64,000 nt of DNA, taken from Alphaproteobacteria bacterium. Lineage in GTDB: Bacteria; Pseudomonadota; Alphaproteobacteria; UBA2136; UBA6156. Below the pieces are notes generated by a model. The model was given only the letters and a program-made list of their open reading frames with translations. It made no database searches and was not told the origin of the DNA. The DNA is taken from the NCBI GenBank assembly GCA_027485835.1, contig JAIXQG010000001.1, forward strand, positions 69,902-133,901, written 5' to 3'. A program made the position numbers and the translations under genes. Shown here one piece after another: positions 8,902 through 18,849 of the stretch. Each line of letters opens with the position of its first letter. The stretch's first letter is position 1.

Positions 8902-9996
8902 TTAGAATGAATGAAAGAGCGCTAGGACTTGTTGGGCTCGGTCGGTCACTTCGTGGCCGTCGTGTAGCATGCGGGCGTGGCCGGCATCGGCTATGTCCTT
9001 CAGCTTTTTGGGGTTGGCGAGAAGCGTTTGCAGTTGGGTTAAGAGCTCTTCCTTACTGGTAAAGTAAATGGCTTCTTCGTTTGGCTTATACAGGTTGGTG
9101 GCGAGGTCTTCGGTGTACTCGGATGCCATTAACGTGCCCGTTGCGGGGATCTCGAAACAGCGGCGGGTGTAGCTGTCGTTGTTCAGTTTAGAGAGGAACA
9201 CGAGGGCGATTTTAGCGCTGTTGAGGGCAAGGTTGTAGTCGGCTTTGTAGAGCGGTTGGATGCTGCCGCCCATGTGGGATTTGAGGGCTTCGTAGTGGGG
9301 CGATTTTTCCCATAGCGTGCCGTAGAGCTTGACGTTGATGCCGTTGGTGATGAGGAGCATCAGGGTGTCGTCGCGGCCGTCGGCTTCGTAATGGCCGATG
9401 AAGATGACATCGCACACAAACCGATTATTGCTGGGTTTGGGCGTGATGCGCGTGTTGGAGCCCTTGATGAAATAGGAGCGCAGTAGCGACGTATGTGGGT
9501 AGCCCATGGCGGCGTAGTCGGCGATATTTTTAGTGCGGTAGGCGAAGATGTGGTCGTAGTGCGGAATACCGTGGCGGAAATGGCGCCAGAAATAGGCGGG
9601 GTAGTTGGGCGAGAAGGGGTCGTCGTTGTTATACCCGAACACCTTGGCGCCGGTGGCTTTTTTGAGGCGTTTGAGGGTGCAGGGCCAGATGTGTGTACCG
9701 CGATAGACGAAGATGAGATCGGGCTTAAACGCTTTGGCTTGAGCGACGATGTCGTCGTTCATTTTGAGCAGCGTGGGGCCAAAGGTGAACTTGCTTTGGG
9801 CGCGGTAGTAGAGCGATGACAAGCGGTTTAAGGGGCCTTGGCACGGCTGGAAATGGGTTTTCCATTGGATGTGCTTGACGGTGTGGCCGAGGGTTTGAAA
9901 GGCGTGCTCAAACGCGCCGGCGTAGATCTCGCTGCCGATACCTTCCGACAGCAGCAGAATGCGCTGAGGCGCGGAAACGTTGGGTTTAGGCGGCAT
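8902..9996 (-). CDS. CgeB-like (Glyco_trans_1_2) glycosyltransferase
   Basis: YNNDDPF, DVIFIGH, TRRCFEIPATG. Confidence 0.85.
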   Translation of the reverse strand: MPPKPNVSAPQRILLLSEGIGSEIYAGAFEHAFQTLGHTVKHIQWKTHFQPCQGPLNRLSSLYYRAQSKFTFGPTLLKMNDDIVAQAKAFKPDLIFVYRGTHIWPCTLKRLKKATGAKVFGYNNDDPFSPNYPAYFWRHFRHGIPHYDHIFAYRTKNIADYAAMGYPHTSLLRSYFIKGSNTRITPKPSNNRFVCDVIFIGHYEADGRDDTLMLLITNGINVKLYGTLWEKSPHYEALKSHMGGSIQPLYKADYNLALNSAKIALVFLSKLNNDSYTRRCFEIPATGTLMASEYTEDLATNLYKPNEEAIYFTSKEELLTQLQTLLANPKKLKDIADAGHARMLHDGHEVTDRAQQVLALFHSF

Positions 9997-11806
9997 GGGG
10001 GAAGGTTGAGGCGTTCGGGCTTATTGGTTTTACCGGAGACAGCAATTCCGGATAGAGCTGGCTGAGGATGACCTCGGGTATCGTGCGGCCATGCAGGGCG
10101 AGTTTGTCGGAGCCTTCGGCTTTACCGACCGAGAAGCCTTGCTTTTTGCGGTAGAGGCAGGCGCGCGGAAGTTTATCGGCATAGAGCGATTTCAGCAGGC
10201 CCTTCAGTTCGCCGTCGGTGAACAACAAATCTTCGGTAAGGCTCCAGGCGATTTCGCACATCCGTTTGGAAAGGAGCGGGACGCGGGTTTCTATTGCGAC
10301 TGCCATGCTGGCTCGGTCTACCTTAGTGAGGAAGGTGTCGGGCAGTATGGTGTGGAAGTCGAGATACATGCTGCGCGAGCTCAGGGAGAGCTCGGGTTTG
10401 TAGAACTGCCGGTGGTACCAGAGGTCGTCGTAGTTTTCGGGGATGCCGTGCGTTTTGCGGAAGGCTTGTTTGAAGGCGTCGGTGGACAGCAAACCGCCGC
10501 GTAGGCGGATTTGGCGCTCGAGCGGATTCAGCAGTGTGAAAATTTCGGCCTTGCGGGCCAGTTTGTTCAGTTTGCTGCCTGGTGCGGTATGGTTTTTAAG
10601 CCAGCTGACCGGTGTGCGCAGCGGGAAGAGGAAGCCCTGCCAGTGGGTGAGTTGCATGAGTTTGCTACGGTAGTGATTGTAGCCGCCGAAGAGTTCGTCG
10701 CCGCCGTCTCCGGTGAGGACTACGGTCATGTTTTCGCTAGCCAGTTGGCAGACCTGATAGGTGGGGAAGGCGGAGCTGTCGCCGAACGGCTCTTGGTAGA
10801 GGTCGCGCAGCATGTGGAATTTTTCGTTGACCAGATTCTGGCTGACGAGGCGGGTGATGTGGTTGGTGCCGAGTTGCTTGGCCACCATGTTGGCGAAGTG
10901 GGTTTCGTCGACCGAAGGGTCGGCAAAGCTAATGGAGCAGGTGGTGATTTGCGGCACGAGTTGTGCGGCCTCGTAGCTGACAATGCTGCTATCCACCCCG
11001 CCGCTGAGGAAGGTGCCGACGGTGACATCGGCCACCAGTTGCTCCTTTACCGACGTGCTGATGGCGGATTGGAGTTTTTCGCGGGCCTCGGCATCGCTGC
11101 TGATGGTGCGCGAGGTGGGGAGGTGCCAGTAGCGGCGTTTGCTGAGGCTGCCGGTGGCGAGGTCGAAGGTGAGGACGTGCGCGGGCTCTAGCTTATGAAT
11201 GTTTTTGTAAAGGCTTTTGGGGGCGGGGACGCAGAGGTAGGTGAGGAAGTCGTAGACGGCGGTCATGTCGTACTCCAGCCCCTGTGGTGCGTGAAGGGTG
11301 GCGAGGGCCTGAAGCTCGGACGCCCAGCCTAAGGTGGTTTTGCCCGCGCTGTTGGCGTAGGTGCTGTAGTAGAGGGGTTTGATACCGGCGTGGTCGCGGG
11401 CCAGATAGATTTTGCCGGTGTTGCTATCATAAATGGCCAGGCCGAACATGCCGTCGATGCGTTCCAGCAGGGAATCTATTCCCCAATGAATATAGCCGTG
11501 AAGGAGGACTTCGCAGTCGCTACCGCTACGGAAAACAGCGCCGTGGTTGGACTTCAGTTCTTCCCGCAGGGTTTGGAAATTGTAGATTTCGCCATTGGCG
11601 ATGAGGTAGACGCCTTGCGATTCCATCGGTTGGGTACCGTTGGAGGAGAGGTCTATAATACTGAGGCGGCGGTGGCCGAAGTAGACGTTGTTTTTGTGCG
11701 TGTAGCTCCAGCCGTTGGGGCCCCGGTGGGCAAGGGTATGGAGCGCGGCGTGCGCGTGTTCCAGTTGGCTGGAGATGACTTCACTATGACCGAAAATACC
11801 GCACAT
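9986..11806 (-). CDS. asnB: Asparagine synthase-family glutamine amidotransferase (probably glycan-amidating)
   Basis: MCGI N-terminal Cys, HRGP, GHRRLSIIDL, NGEIYNF, LSGGVDSS, GDGGDELFGGY. Confidence 0.92.
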   Translation of the reverse strand: MCGIFGHSEVISSQLEHAHAALHTLAHRGPNGWSYTHKNNVYFGHRRLSIIDLSSNGTQPMESQGVYLIANGEIYNFQTLREELKSNHGAVFRSGSDCEVLLHGYIHWGIDSLLERIDGMFGLAIYDSNTGKIYLARDHAGIKPLYYSTYANSAGKTTLGWASELQALATLHAPQGLEYDMTAVYDFLTYLCVPAPKSLYKNIHKLEPAHVLTFDLATGSLSKRRYWHLPTSRTISSDAEAREKLQSAISTSVKEQLVADVTVGTFLSGGVDSSIVSYEAAQLVPQITTCSISFADPSVDETHFANMVAKQLGTNHITRLVSQNLVNEKFHMLRDLYQEPFGDSSAFPTYQVCQLASENMTVVLTGDGGDELFGGYNHYRSKLMQLTHWQGFLFPLRTPVSWLKNHTAPGSKLNKLARKAEIFTLLNPLERQIRLRGGLLSTDAFKQAFRKTHGIPENYDDLWYHRQFYKPELSLSSRSMYLDFHTILPDTFLTKVDRASMAVAIETRVPLLSKRMCEIAWSLTEDLLFTDGELKGLLKSLYADKLPRACLYRKKQGFSVGKAEGSDKLALHGRTIPEVILSQLYPELLSPVKPISPNASTFPHAA

Positions 11807-12026
11807 GGGATGGCTTCCCTTTAATTGTTTCTGATGAATTTATTATATATTACATCATGATAGTGTTGGTTTTGATATTATACGTTATGGCTTGCTATCA
11901 CAAGTGTGTAATGGAATTCGATGCTGAGTTTTGAGTCGTTTACTCGAATTGAGAAGGGCTGTGCGCTTGCCGCTGATGGGGAGATACACTATAAAACCTT
12001 TGAAGTTTAGTAGGAAGAGGTTTGAG

Positions 12027-13025
12027 ATGTTTGCTCATAAACGTGTTTTAGTGACTGGTGGTGCCGGTTTTATTGGGTCTCACCTGTGTGAGCGTTTGCT
12101 GGAGCAGGGGCATGAGGTTATTTGTTTGGATAACTTCTTTACCGGCCAGAAACAAAATGTGGCGCATTTGCGCGATAACCCGCGATTTGAAGTGATTCGT
12201 CATGACGTGACCGAGCCGATTAATTTGGAAGTGGACGAAATTTACAATCTGGCGTGCCCGGCGTCTCCCGTGCATTACCAGTTTGACCCTGTGCACACCG
12301 TGCGCACCAACGTGATGGGGATGTTGAATACCTTGGATTTGGCGCGGCGTACCGGTGCGAAAATTCTTCAGGCTTCGACCTCGGAAGTATATGGCGACCC
12401 CGATGTGCACCCCCAGCCGGAAACTTACTGGGGGCATGTGAACCCGAACGGCCCGCGCGCGTGTTATGACGAAGGTAAGCGCTGTGCTGAGACGCTTTGC
12501 TTTGATTATCATCGGCAGTTTGGTGTGAAGATTAAGATTGCGCGCATTTTTAACACCTATGGCCCGCGTATGTTACCGAATGATGGCCGTGTGGTGAGTA
12601 ACTTTATTGTGCAGGCGCTTTCTGGCAAAGACCTCACCCTTTACGGTAGTGGCCAGCAAACCCGCAGCTTTTGCTATGTGAGCGATTTGGTGGATGGGTT
12701 GATCCGTTTAATGAACTCGGACGACAGTGTGACCGGGCCCATTAACCTAGGGAACCCGAACGAGTTTACCATGCTGCAACTGGCGGAAAAGGTGTTGGAA
12801 CAGGTGGGGAATGGTAACAAAACCAGCTTTTTACCGTTGCCGCAGGATGACCCGCGTCAGCGCCAGCCGAATATTCAGCTAGCCAAAGATGTGTTGGGTT
12901 GGGTGCCGACCATTCAGCTAGATACTGGTTTGGTAAAGACCATCGATTACTTTCGCACGGTATTGCAAAATGCAGGGCAGGCGTATGCCGAACAGCTTGA
13001 TTTACGTGCCCGCAAGAGTGCGTAA
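12027..13025 (+). CDS. UDP-glucuronate decarboxylase (UDP-xylose synthase)
   Basis: [48 protein letters not shown]. Confidence 0.93.
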   Translation: MFAHKRVLVTGGAGFIGSHLCERLLEQGHEVICLDNFFTGQKQNVAHLRDNPRFEVIRHDVTEPINLEVDEIYNLACPASPVHYQFDPVHTVRTNVMGMLNTLDLARRTGAKILQASTSEVYGDPDVHPQPETYWGHVNPNGPRACYDEGKRCAETLCFDYHRQFGVKIKIARIFNTYGPRMLPNDGRVVSNFIVQALSGKDLTLYGSGQQTRSFCYVSDLVDGLIRLMNSDDSVTGPINLGNPNEFTMLQLAEKVLEQVGNGNKTSFLPLPQDDPRQRQPNIQLAKDVLGWVPTIQLDTGLVKTIDYFRTVLQNAGQAYAEQLDLRARKSA

Positions 13026-13027
13026 TC

Positions 13028-14116
13028 ATGGGCGCTGCGGTAGCTGGTAGTCCGGTTATGGGGCCGGTTGTCTTCATTTCCAATACGCCTTCTCCCTATC
13101 AGATTGACCTGTTTACGGCGATTGCGGCCTTGCGGCCTGTGGCGGCGTATTTTCATGCCGATGGCAGCGCGGCGCAGAATGTGAGCTGGAAGTTGAAGTA
13201 CCCCGAGTGGTTAGGCTTTTTACCGCAAGGCAAGGGTTTGGCGAAAGCCGCGTTTGTGGCGGAACGTCATGGAAACCTATTGCCGAGCTTGATGATTTTG
13301 GGCGGATACCGTGGTGCGGGGCATGTGCCGTTGCTGTTATGGGCGCGGCTGAAAGGTGTACCCGCTTGGGTGTGGATGGAGGCACCCGAGCCGAACCCGC
13401 AGGATGCAGGTTTGAAGGGGCTGGTGAAGCGGGTGGTGCGCGATGTGATGTCTCGCTTGGTGTTGTCGTTAGCGACGGGGGTGTTGGCGATGGATGGCCG
13501 TGCTGAGCAGGCCTATCGGCGTTACCATTGGCGGGTGGAGCGTCAGCCCTATGCGATTGATGCGGCGCCGTTTATGCTTAAAAAGAAGAGCGTCACGAAG
13601 CCGCTGAAGTGTTTGTTTATCGGCCAGATGATTGACCGCAAGGGGGTGGATGAGTTGAAAGGCGCGTTTGTGCGGATTAGCCCCAAAGATGCCCTGCTCA
13701 GCCTTGCTGGTGGAGGGCCGCGTAAAGCGGAGATGGAGGCATTTTGTGCCGAGACCGGTCATAATTATTTAGGGTTTGTTCAGCCCACCGATTTGCCGAG
13801 AGTTTTGAGCGAACAGGACGTATTTGTGTTTCCTTCCCGTTACGATGGTTGGGCGGTGGTCGTGCCGCAGGCTATGGCGGCAGGTTTGCCGGTGATATCT
13901 AACCCCGCGGTAGGTGCGTTTGCGGATTTGGTCGAGACCACAGGTGCCGGAATGGCCTGTGAGCAAACCGCAGAGGCACTGTATGATGCGGTGATGGCGT
14001 ATGTGAATGAGCCGGCGCGTGTGGGGCAGGAGGGCGCGCGGGCGCGGGAGGTGTTCATGGCATCTCGTGCCAATGCGGCGGTTGCCGCGCAGGCGATTAT
14101 GGCTCTTGCAAAGTAA
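13028..14116 (+). CDS. Glycosyltransferase family 4
   Basis: FIGQMIDRKGVD; DVFVFPSRYDGWAVVVPQAMAAGLPVI. Confidence 0.88.
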   Translation: MGAAVAGSPVMGPVVFISNTPSPYQIDLFTAIAALRPVAAYFHADGSAAQNVSWKLKYPEWLGFLPQGKGLAKAAFVAERHGNLLPSLMILGGYRGAGHVPLLLWARLKGVPAWVWMEAPEPNPQDAGLKGLVKRVVRDVMSRLVLSLATGVLAMDGRAEQAYRRYHWRVERQPYAIDAAPFMLKKKSVTKPLKCLFIGQMIDRKGVDELKGAFVRISPKDALLSLAGGGPRKAEMEAFCAETGHNYLGFVQPTDLPRVLSEQDVFVFPSRYDGWAVVVPQAMAAGLPVISNPAVGAFADLVETTGAGMACEQTAEALYDAVMAYVNEPARVGQEGARAREVFMASRANAAVAAQAIMALAK

Positions 14117-14202
14117 TATTACGAAATATTCGAAATATTATTGACGAGAGGCTGTGAGAGGCGTAGCTGTTGGGGTGTTCAATTAACAAGGAGAGACCCT
14201 CT

Positions 14203-14709
14203 ATGACCCTCGGAATGTATTCTGCCAGCGTGCCGGTATTTGTGCGTGGCTTGGAAAATCTGGCTGATATTCTGGCCAAAGGCCAAAGCCATGCGGCTGA
14301 AAAGGGCCTGAATGAACAGGAACTGGTGCAGGCCAGCCTGATTGAAGACATGTTCCCGCTGACTCGGCAGGTACAGATGGCCTGCGACAGCGCCAAGTTT
14401 GCCGCCGCCCGTTTGGCCGGTGTGGACGCCCCGAGCATGGAGGATACCGAAGCCAGTTTTGAAGCACTGCAGGCCCGCATTGCCAAAACCCTCAGCTTTT
14501 TGAAGAGCGTGGACGGTGCGAAGGTGGATGGGAGTGAGGCCAAGCCTATCAGCTTCTCTAACAAGGGTGGTGATTTCAGCTTTAACGGGCGCGATTACCT
14601 GTTCCAGTTTGCGTACCCCAACTTCTTCTTCCATGTGACCACCGCGTACGACATTTTGCGGGCCAAAGGTGTGCAGGTTGGCAAGAAGGACTATTTGGGC
14701 GCGTTTTAA
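14203..14709 (+). CDS. DUF1993 family protein
   Basis: DMFPLTRQVQMACD, PNFFFHVTTAYDILRAKGVQVGKKDYLG; AAGGAG RBS. Confidence 0.9.
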   Translation: MTLGMYSASVPVFVRGLENLADILAKGQSHAAEKGLNEQELVQASLIEDMFPLTRQVQMACDSAKFAAARLAGVDAPSMEDTEASFEALQARIAKTLSFLKSVDGAKVDGSEAKPISFSNKGGDFSFNGRDYLFQFAYPNFFFHVTTAYDILRAKGVQVGKKDYLGAF

Positions 14710-14772
14710 GGCCTTAAAAAGCCGAAAGGGCAAGGAGGATTCCTTGCCCTTTGGCGTTTCGTGAGTGGTGTA

Positions 14773-15300
14773 TTAGCCGGTGCCGCTGCCGAAGGAACGG
14801 TCGTCGAAGGGTTCGACCTTGACGTCCGTAGACTTGAAGATCTCCTCTGCGTTGAAAGAGTGGCAGGGTAGAATAGCTCCGTCTCCTTCATCTCCAACTG
14901 TGCTCTTCTGTAGGAAGAGGTCGTCAAGAATCCAGTTATCTACCTCCTTTTCCTCTTCGACGAACGTTTCGAGCTTTTCTTTTGAAAGCTCGGTGGCTTC
15001 ATCGAGCGTCATGCCGTTGACGTACTCGCCGGGCTGGCTGAGGAACAGCCGCTCGAACTCGTCGGCGAGGACGTACACCATCAACGCCGTGACGATCGTG
15101 CCGTCTGATGTGTTGCGATAGAATTCCCCGTTTGCATAAATCGGAATAAATTCACCTTTTTCTGTCAGGACGGGGCGGCGGTTATAGGTTTGTTCGACGG
15201 GCGGATAGCTCGTACGGTCGGGGCTTATTTTGGGCTCACGCTTCCGGAAGAAGAAGAACGCAGCTGCAATAACAAGAGATATTATAATGAAGAGCAACAT
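14773..15300 (-). CDS. Hypothetical acidic protein with an N-terminal membrane anchor (ORFan)
   Basis: 175-aa ORF with N-terminal hydrophobic helix, a promoter-like upstream region and a convergent terminator. Confidence 0.7.
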   Translation of the reverse strand: MLLFIIISLVIAAAFFFFRKREPKISPDRTSYPPVEQTYNRRPVLTEKGEFIPIYANGEFYRNTSDGTIVTALMVYVLADEFERLFLSQPGEYVNGMTLDEATELSKEKLETFVEEEKEVDNWILDDLFLQKSTVGDEGDGAILPCHSFNAEEIFKSTDVKVEPFDDRSFGSGTG

Positions 15301-15350
15301 GATGACGCTTTCTGCGGGCTTATGCCCGCTTTCGAGTTTCGTGAAGCTGA

Positions 15351-15381
15351 TATGAGCCTAAGTTGCCGTTATTTCAAGGGG
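15351..15381 (-). promoter_or_regulatory. Putative sigma32/sigma70-like promoter
   Basis: CCCCTTGAA-N15-GCTCATA on the minus strand; overlapped by 11-bp IR CCGTTATTTCA/TGAAATAACGG (15366-15398). Confidence 0.45.
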
Positions 15382-15399
15382 CTTAAGTGAAATAACGGT

Positions 15400-15966
15400 T
15401 TATTTGGTTTGCGGGTGGGCGGTGACGTATTCGGCGAAGGCCGCGTCCATGGCCCCCGTGCGGCTGGTGAGCCATGGGAAGTGGCCGTAGCGGATGGAGA
15501 GCTGTTTGGCGGCTTCTTCGGCCGATTGGCCCTGAATGGCGTAGCTGTAGAGGGCGAGGGCGAGGCCGGTGCGGTCGGACCCCGATTTGCAATGGATGAG
15601 GAGGGGTTTGGGGGCGGCGCGCATCATTTCTACCAGTACTTCCATGTCTTCTAGCGTCGGTTTATGGTTGGCGGAGAGGCCAAAGGTGTAGAAGTTGACT
15701 TCGTGATTTTTGGCGGCGGCGGATTCGCGTTCGAACCATTCCGCGCCCTCGCTGGTGCCACGCAGGTTGATGACGCTGTTGAAGGGGTGTTTATGGCGGA
15801 CTTCCTTCCACTCGTGAGCCGATAAGGTACCAGAGCGATAGACCTCATTCGGGGCGTGGATGGCGAAGTTGCCGTCTTCGATGAAGTGATCGTAGCCCAC
15901 GGCCAGCAAGGCGATGAGGGGGACCAGAATGGCCGCGAGGATGAGGTGTTTTTTACGGAGTTGCAT
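15400..15966 (-). CDS. Membrane-anchored protein tyrosine/dual-specificity phosphatase family protein
   Basis: YRSG, VINLRG, P-loop HCKSGSDRTG; start MQLRKK. Confidence 0.88.
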   Translation of the reverse strand: MQLRKKHLILAAILVPLIALLAVGYDHFIEDGNFAIHAPNEVYRSGTLSAHEWKEVRHKHPFNSVINLRGTSEGAEWFERESAAAKNHEVNFYTFGLSANHKPTLEDMEVLVEMMRAAPKPLLIHCKSGSDRTGLALALYSYAIQGQSAEEAAKQLSIRYGHFPWLTSRTGAMDAAFAEYVTAHPQTK

Positions 15967-15984
15967 GGGGTGCCCGATATTGTT

Positions 15985-16060
15985 TGGTGGGCGAGGGGGG
16001 GTTCGAACCCACGACCAAGGCATTATGAGTGCCCTGCTCTAACCGCTGAGCTACTCGCCC
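15985..16060 (-). tRNA. tRNA with CAT anticodon, most likely Ile2 (lysidine)
   Basis: GGGCGAGTAGCTCAGCGGTTAGAGCAGGGCACTCATAATGCCTTGGTCGTGGGTTCGAA...CGCCCACCA; resembles ileX-type tRNAs. Confidence 0.88.
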
Positions 16061-16139
16061 GACCGGATGGGTTTTTAGCAGCAAATTGGCGAGGTGTCTC
16101 TACCTCTGTGTGACATTTTGGCGAGGAGGGAGGCAGGCT

Positions 16140-16315
16140 TAAAGCTATTGCCCTAAATCTTTACACAGTCTGTAAACCTGCGGGCGGGCTAAAAAGGCAT
16201 CTGGATTACGTCAAAAAAGTAGGAAAATAGGGCCGCTATTATCCTACTTGTTCGCCCTAACCAGCTCCCTTTTTATCTCCGCCATACTGTATAAAGATTT
16301 AGGGGAATAGCTTTA
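16140..16315. mobile_element. 176-bp foldback element (MITE/ERIC-like) with 30-bp terminal inverted repeats and TA ends
   Basis: TAAAGCTATTGCCCTAAATCTTTACACAGT (16140-16169) matches the reverse complement of 16286-16315 at 28/30 positions; interior also self-complementary. Confidence 0.7.
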
Positions 16316-16410
16316 GGGTGAAAGGGCGTTTTACACGTTTTTGGTGCCGATTCGGCTTGCCTGATGAAAGGGAAGGATTATGATGCGGGCATAAGTTAAG
16401 GAGTTCCCCC

Positions 16411-17823
16411 GTGGAGATTGACACCTTCGTGTTATCGCGGATCCAGTTTGCCGCCAATATTTCGTTCCATATCCTGTTCCCCACCATTACCATTGCGATG
16501 GGGTGGTTGTTATTGTTCTTCAAGCTGCGCTTCCGTGCGACGGGGCAGCAGGCGTGGATGGATGCGTATTTCTTCTGGACCAAAGTGTTCGCGCTGAGCT
16601 TTGCGATGGGGGTTGTGAGTGGGATTACCATGAGCTTCCAGTTTGGCACCAACTGGCCCGGGTTTATGGAGCGTGTGGGGAATATTGCCGGGCCGTTACT
16701 AGCGTATGAAGTGCTGACGGCGTTCTTTTTAGAAGCCACGTTTTTGGGGATCATGCTGTTTGGCTACCGCAAAGTGCCGGACTGGATGCATACTCTGGCG
16801 ACTTTATTAGTGGCGTTGGGAACAACGGCTTCGGCATTCTGGATTTTGGTACTGAACAGCTGGATGCATACTCCGGTGGGGTTTGAAATGCTGCCGACCG
16901 GCCCAAATGGCATGTTGCAGGCCCATGCCACCGATTGGATGCAGATATTGTTCAATCCCTCCATGCCCTACCGCCTTAGCCACATGTTGGTGGCAAGCGG
17001 GCTGACGGCGGCGTTTTTGGTGGCCGGGATTTCCGCCTTCCGGTGGTTGCGGCGCGATCGGTCTCCGGCGGTAAAGGTGGCGCTTGGTACAAGCCTGACG
17101 CTGGCCGCCGTGTTGATACCCTTGCAGATTTTGTTAGGCGATTTGCATGGCTTAAACACGCTTGAGCACCAGCCGCAGAAAGTGGCTGCGATGGAAGGTT
17201 TGTGGGAGACGCGGAGTGAGGCGCCGCTGGTGGTGTTCGGTATGCCGAATGAAACCACGCGTACCAATGATTTTGCTGTGGAAATACCTGCCCTTGCCAG
17301 CTTGATATTGAAGCATGACACCGCCGGTGTGGTGCAGGGGTTGAATGACTTTGTGGGTAACCACCCACCTGTGGCGCCAGTATTTTGGGGCTTTAGGGTG
17401 ATGGTGGGTACCGGAATGCTGATGCTGGTGGTGAGCTGGTTTGCCTGCTGGCAGTGGTGGCGGCACAAAACATTGCCGAAATGGCTGGCGTATGTGCTGG
17501 TGGGGATGACATTCTCCGGCTGGATAGCGACGCTGGCAGGGTGGTATGTGACGGAAATCGGGCGTCAGCCATGGTTGGTGTACGGTGTGTTAAGCACGGC
17601 GGATGCGGTGGCCAAAGTGCTGCCCAGCCATGTGGGGATGACCTTGGTGGCTTACCTGAGTGTGTATGCGGTGTTGCTGACGGCGTATATCTCGACATTA
17701 TTTTACATGGCGCGCAAGGCCCACAGCGGCGGCAAGGCCGACCCTGAAAACCCGACCGCACTCGGGATTGAGCGGCAGTCGGTATTTATGGATGTAGAGA
17801 AGGTGTTGCACCATGATAAGTAG
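16411..17823 (+). CDS. cydA: Cytochrome bd ubiquinol oxidase subunit I
   Basis: LSRIQFA...FHILFP, FQFGTNW, QPQKVAAMEG, TEIGRQPW. Confidence 0.97.
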   Translation: MEIDTFVLSRIQFAANISFHILFPTITIAMGWLLLFFKLRFRATGQQAWMDAYFFWTKVFALSFAMGVVSGITMSFQFGTNWPGFMERVGNIAGPLLAYEVLTAFFLEATFLGIMLFGYRKVPDWMHTLATLLVALGTTASAFWILVLNSWMHTPVGFEMLPTGPNGMLQAHATDWMQILFNPSMPYRLSHMLVASGLTAAFLVAGISAFRWLRRDRSPAVKVALGTSLTLAAVLIPLQILLGDLHGLNTLEHQPQKVAAMEGLWETRSEAPLVVFGMPNETTRTNDFAVEIPALASLILKHDTAGVVQGLNDFVGNHPPVAPVFWGFRVMVGTGMLMLVVSWFACWQWWRHKTLPKWLAYVLVGMTFSGWIATLAGWYVTEIGRQPWLVYGVLSTADAVAKVLPSHVGMTLVAYLSVYAVLLTAYISTLFYMARKAHSGGKADPENPTALGIERQSVFMDVEKVLHHDK

Positions 17824-18829
17824 TATGATTGCCGATGGCAGCTGGCTACCGCTTGCCTTTGCCTTTTTGATGGGGCTTTCCATGCTGATTTACGGCGTGT
17901 TGGACGGCTATGATTTGGGAGTGGGGATACTTTCCCGCACGGCCAAGCCCGCTGAGAAAGACCGTATGATTGCGAGTATCGGCCCGTTTTGGGATGCGAA
18001 TGAGACATGGTTGGTGCTTGGTGTGGGGCTGCTGCTGGTGGCGTTCCCGCTGGCGCATGGCATGATTTTGACGGAGTTGTATCTGCCGGTTGCGGTGATG
18101 CTGATTGGATTGATTTTCCGTGGGGTGGCGTTTGACTTTCGGGCGAAGGTTCCTGCCACGCGTAAAGAGCGTTGGAATACCGCGTTTTTTGCGGGGTCTT
18201 TACTGACCGCATTGGCGCAGGGTTACATGCTGGGTAGCTATATTATGGGCTTTGACCATTCGTTGATGGCGGAGGCGTTTGCGTTGCTGTGCGCGGTGGG
18301 GGTGGCAGTCGGTTATACGTTAATCGGTGCCTGCTGGCTGATTATGAAAACCGATGGCGAGTTACAGCGTAAGGCCGTGCGTTGGGCCAAGCTCGCTTTG
18401 CTGGGGGGATGTGCGACGATTGTGCTGGTTTCGGTAACTACTCCCTTAGTGAGTGCGCGGATTTTTGAGAAGTGGTTTACGATGCCGGCGTTGTTGTGGC
18501 TTTCACCGATTCCATTGTTAACCGGTGCTTTGGTGCTGGTGTTGTGGCGCACGCTGGGCCGCCTGCCGTTGCCACAAGACCGTTTGTGCTGGCTGCCGTT
18601 TGCGCTGACCGTGAGCATTATGGTGCTGTGCTTTGTAGGCTTGGCGTATAGCTTCTTCCCCTACATTGTGCCGGAGAAATTGCTGATTACCCAGGCTGCG
18701 AGTGCGCCGGAATCTCTGCTGATTATTCTGGTGGGCGCATTGGTGGTGCTGCCGGTATTGATCGGTTACACAATTCTGGCGTACCGGATTTTCCATGGCA
18801 AAGCGGCGCACGATTTGCATTATCACTAA
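17813..18829 (+). CDS. cydB: Cytochrome bd ubiquinol oxidase subunit II
   Basis: LDGYDLGVG, IGPFWDANETWLV, FRGVAFDFR. Confidence 0.96.
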   Translation: MISSMIADGSWLPLAFAFLMGLSMLIYGVLDGYDLGVGILSRTAKPAEKDRMIASIGPFWDANETWLVLGVGLLLVAFPLAHGMILTELYLPVAVMLIGLIFRGVAFDFRAKVPATRKERWNTAFFAGSLLTALAQGYMLGSYIMGFDHSLMAEAFALLCAVGVAVGYTLIGACWLIMKTDGELQRKAVRWAKLALLGGCATIVLVSVTTPLVSARIFEKWFTMPALLWLSPIPLLTGALVLVLWRTLGRLPLPQDRLCWLPFALTVSIMVLCFVGLAYSFFPYIVPEKLLITQAASAPESLLIILVGALVVLPVLIGYTILAYRIFHGKAAHDLHYH

Positions 18830-18849
18830 GGCGGTTTGCTTAATTTTCT

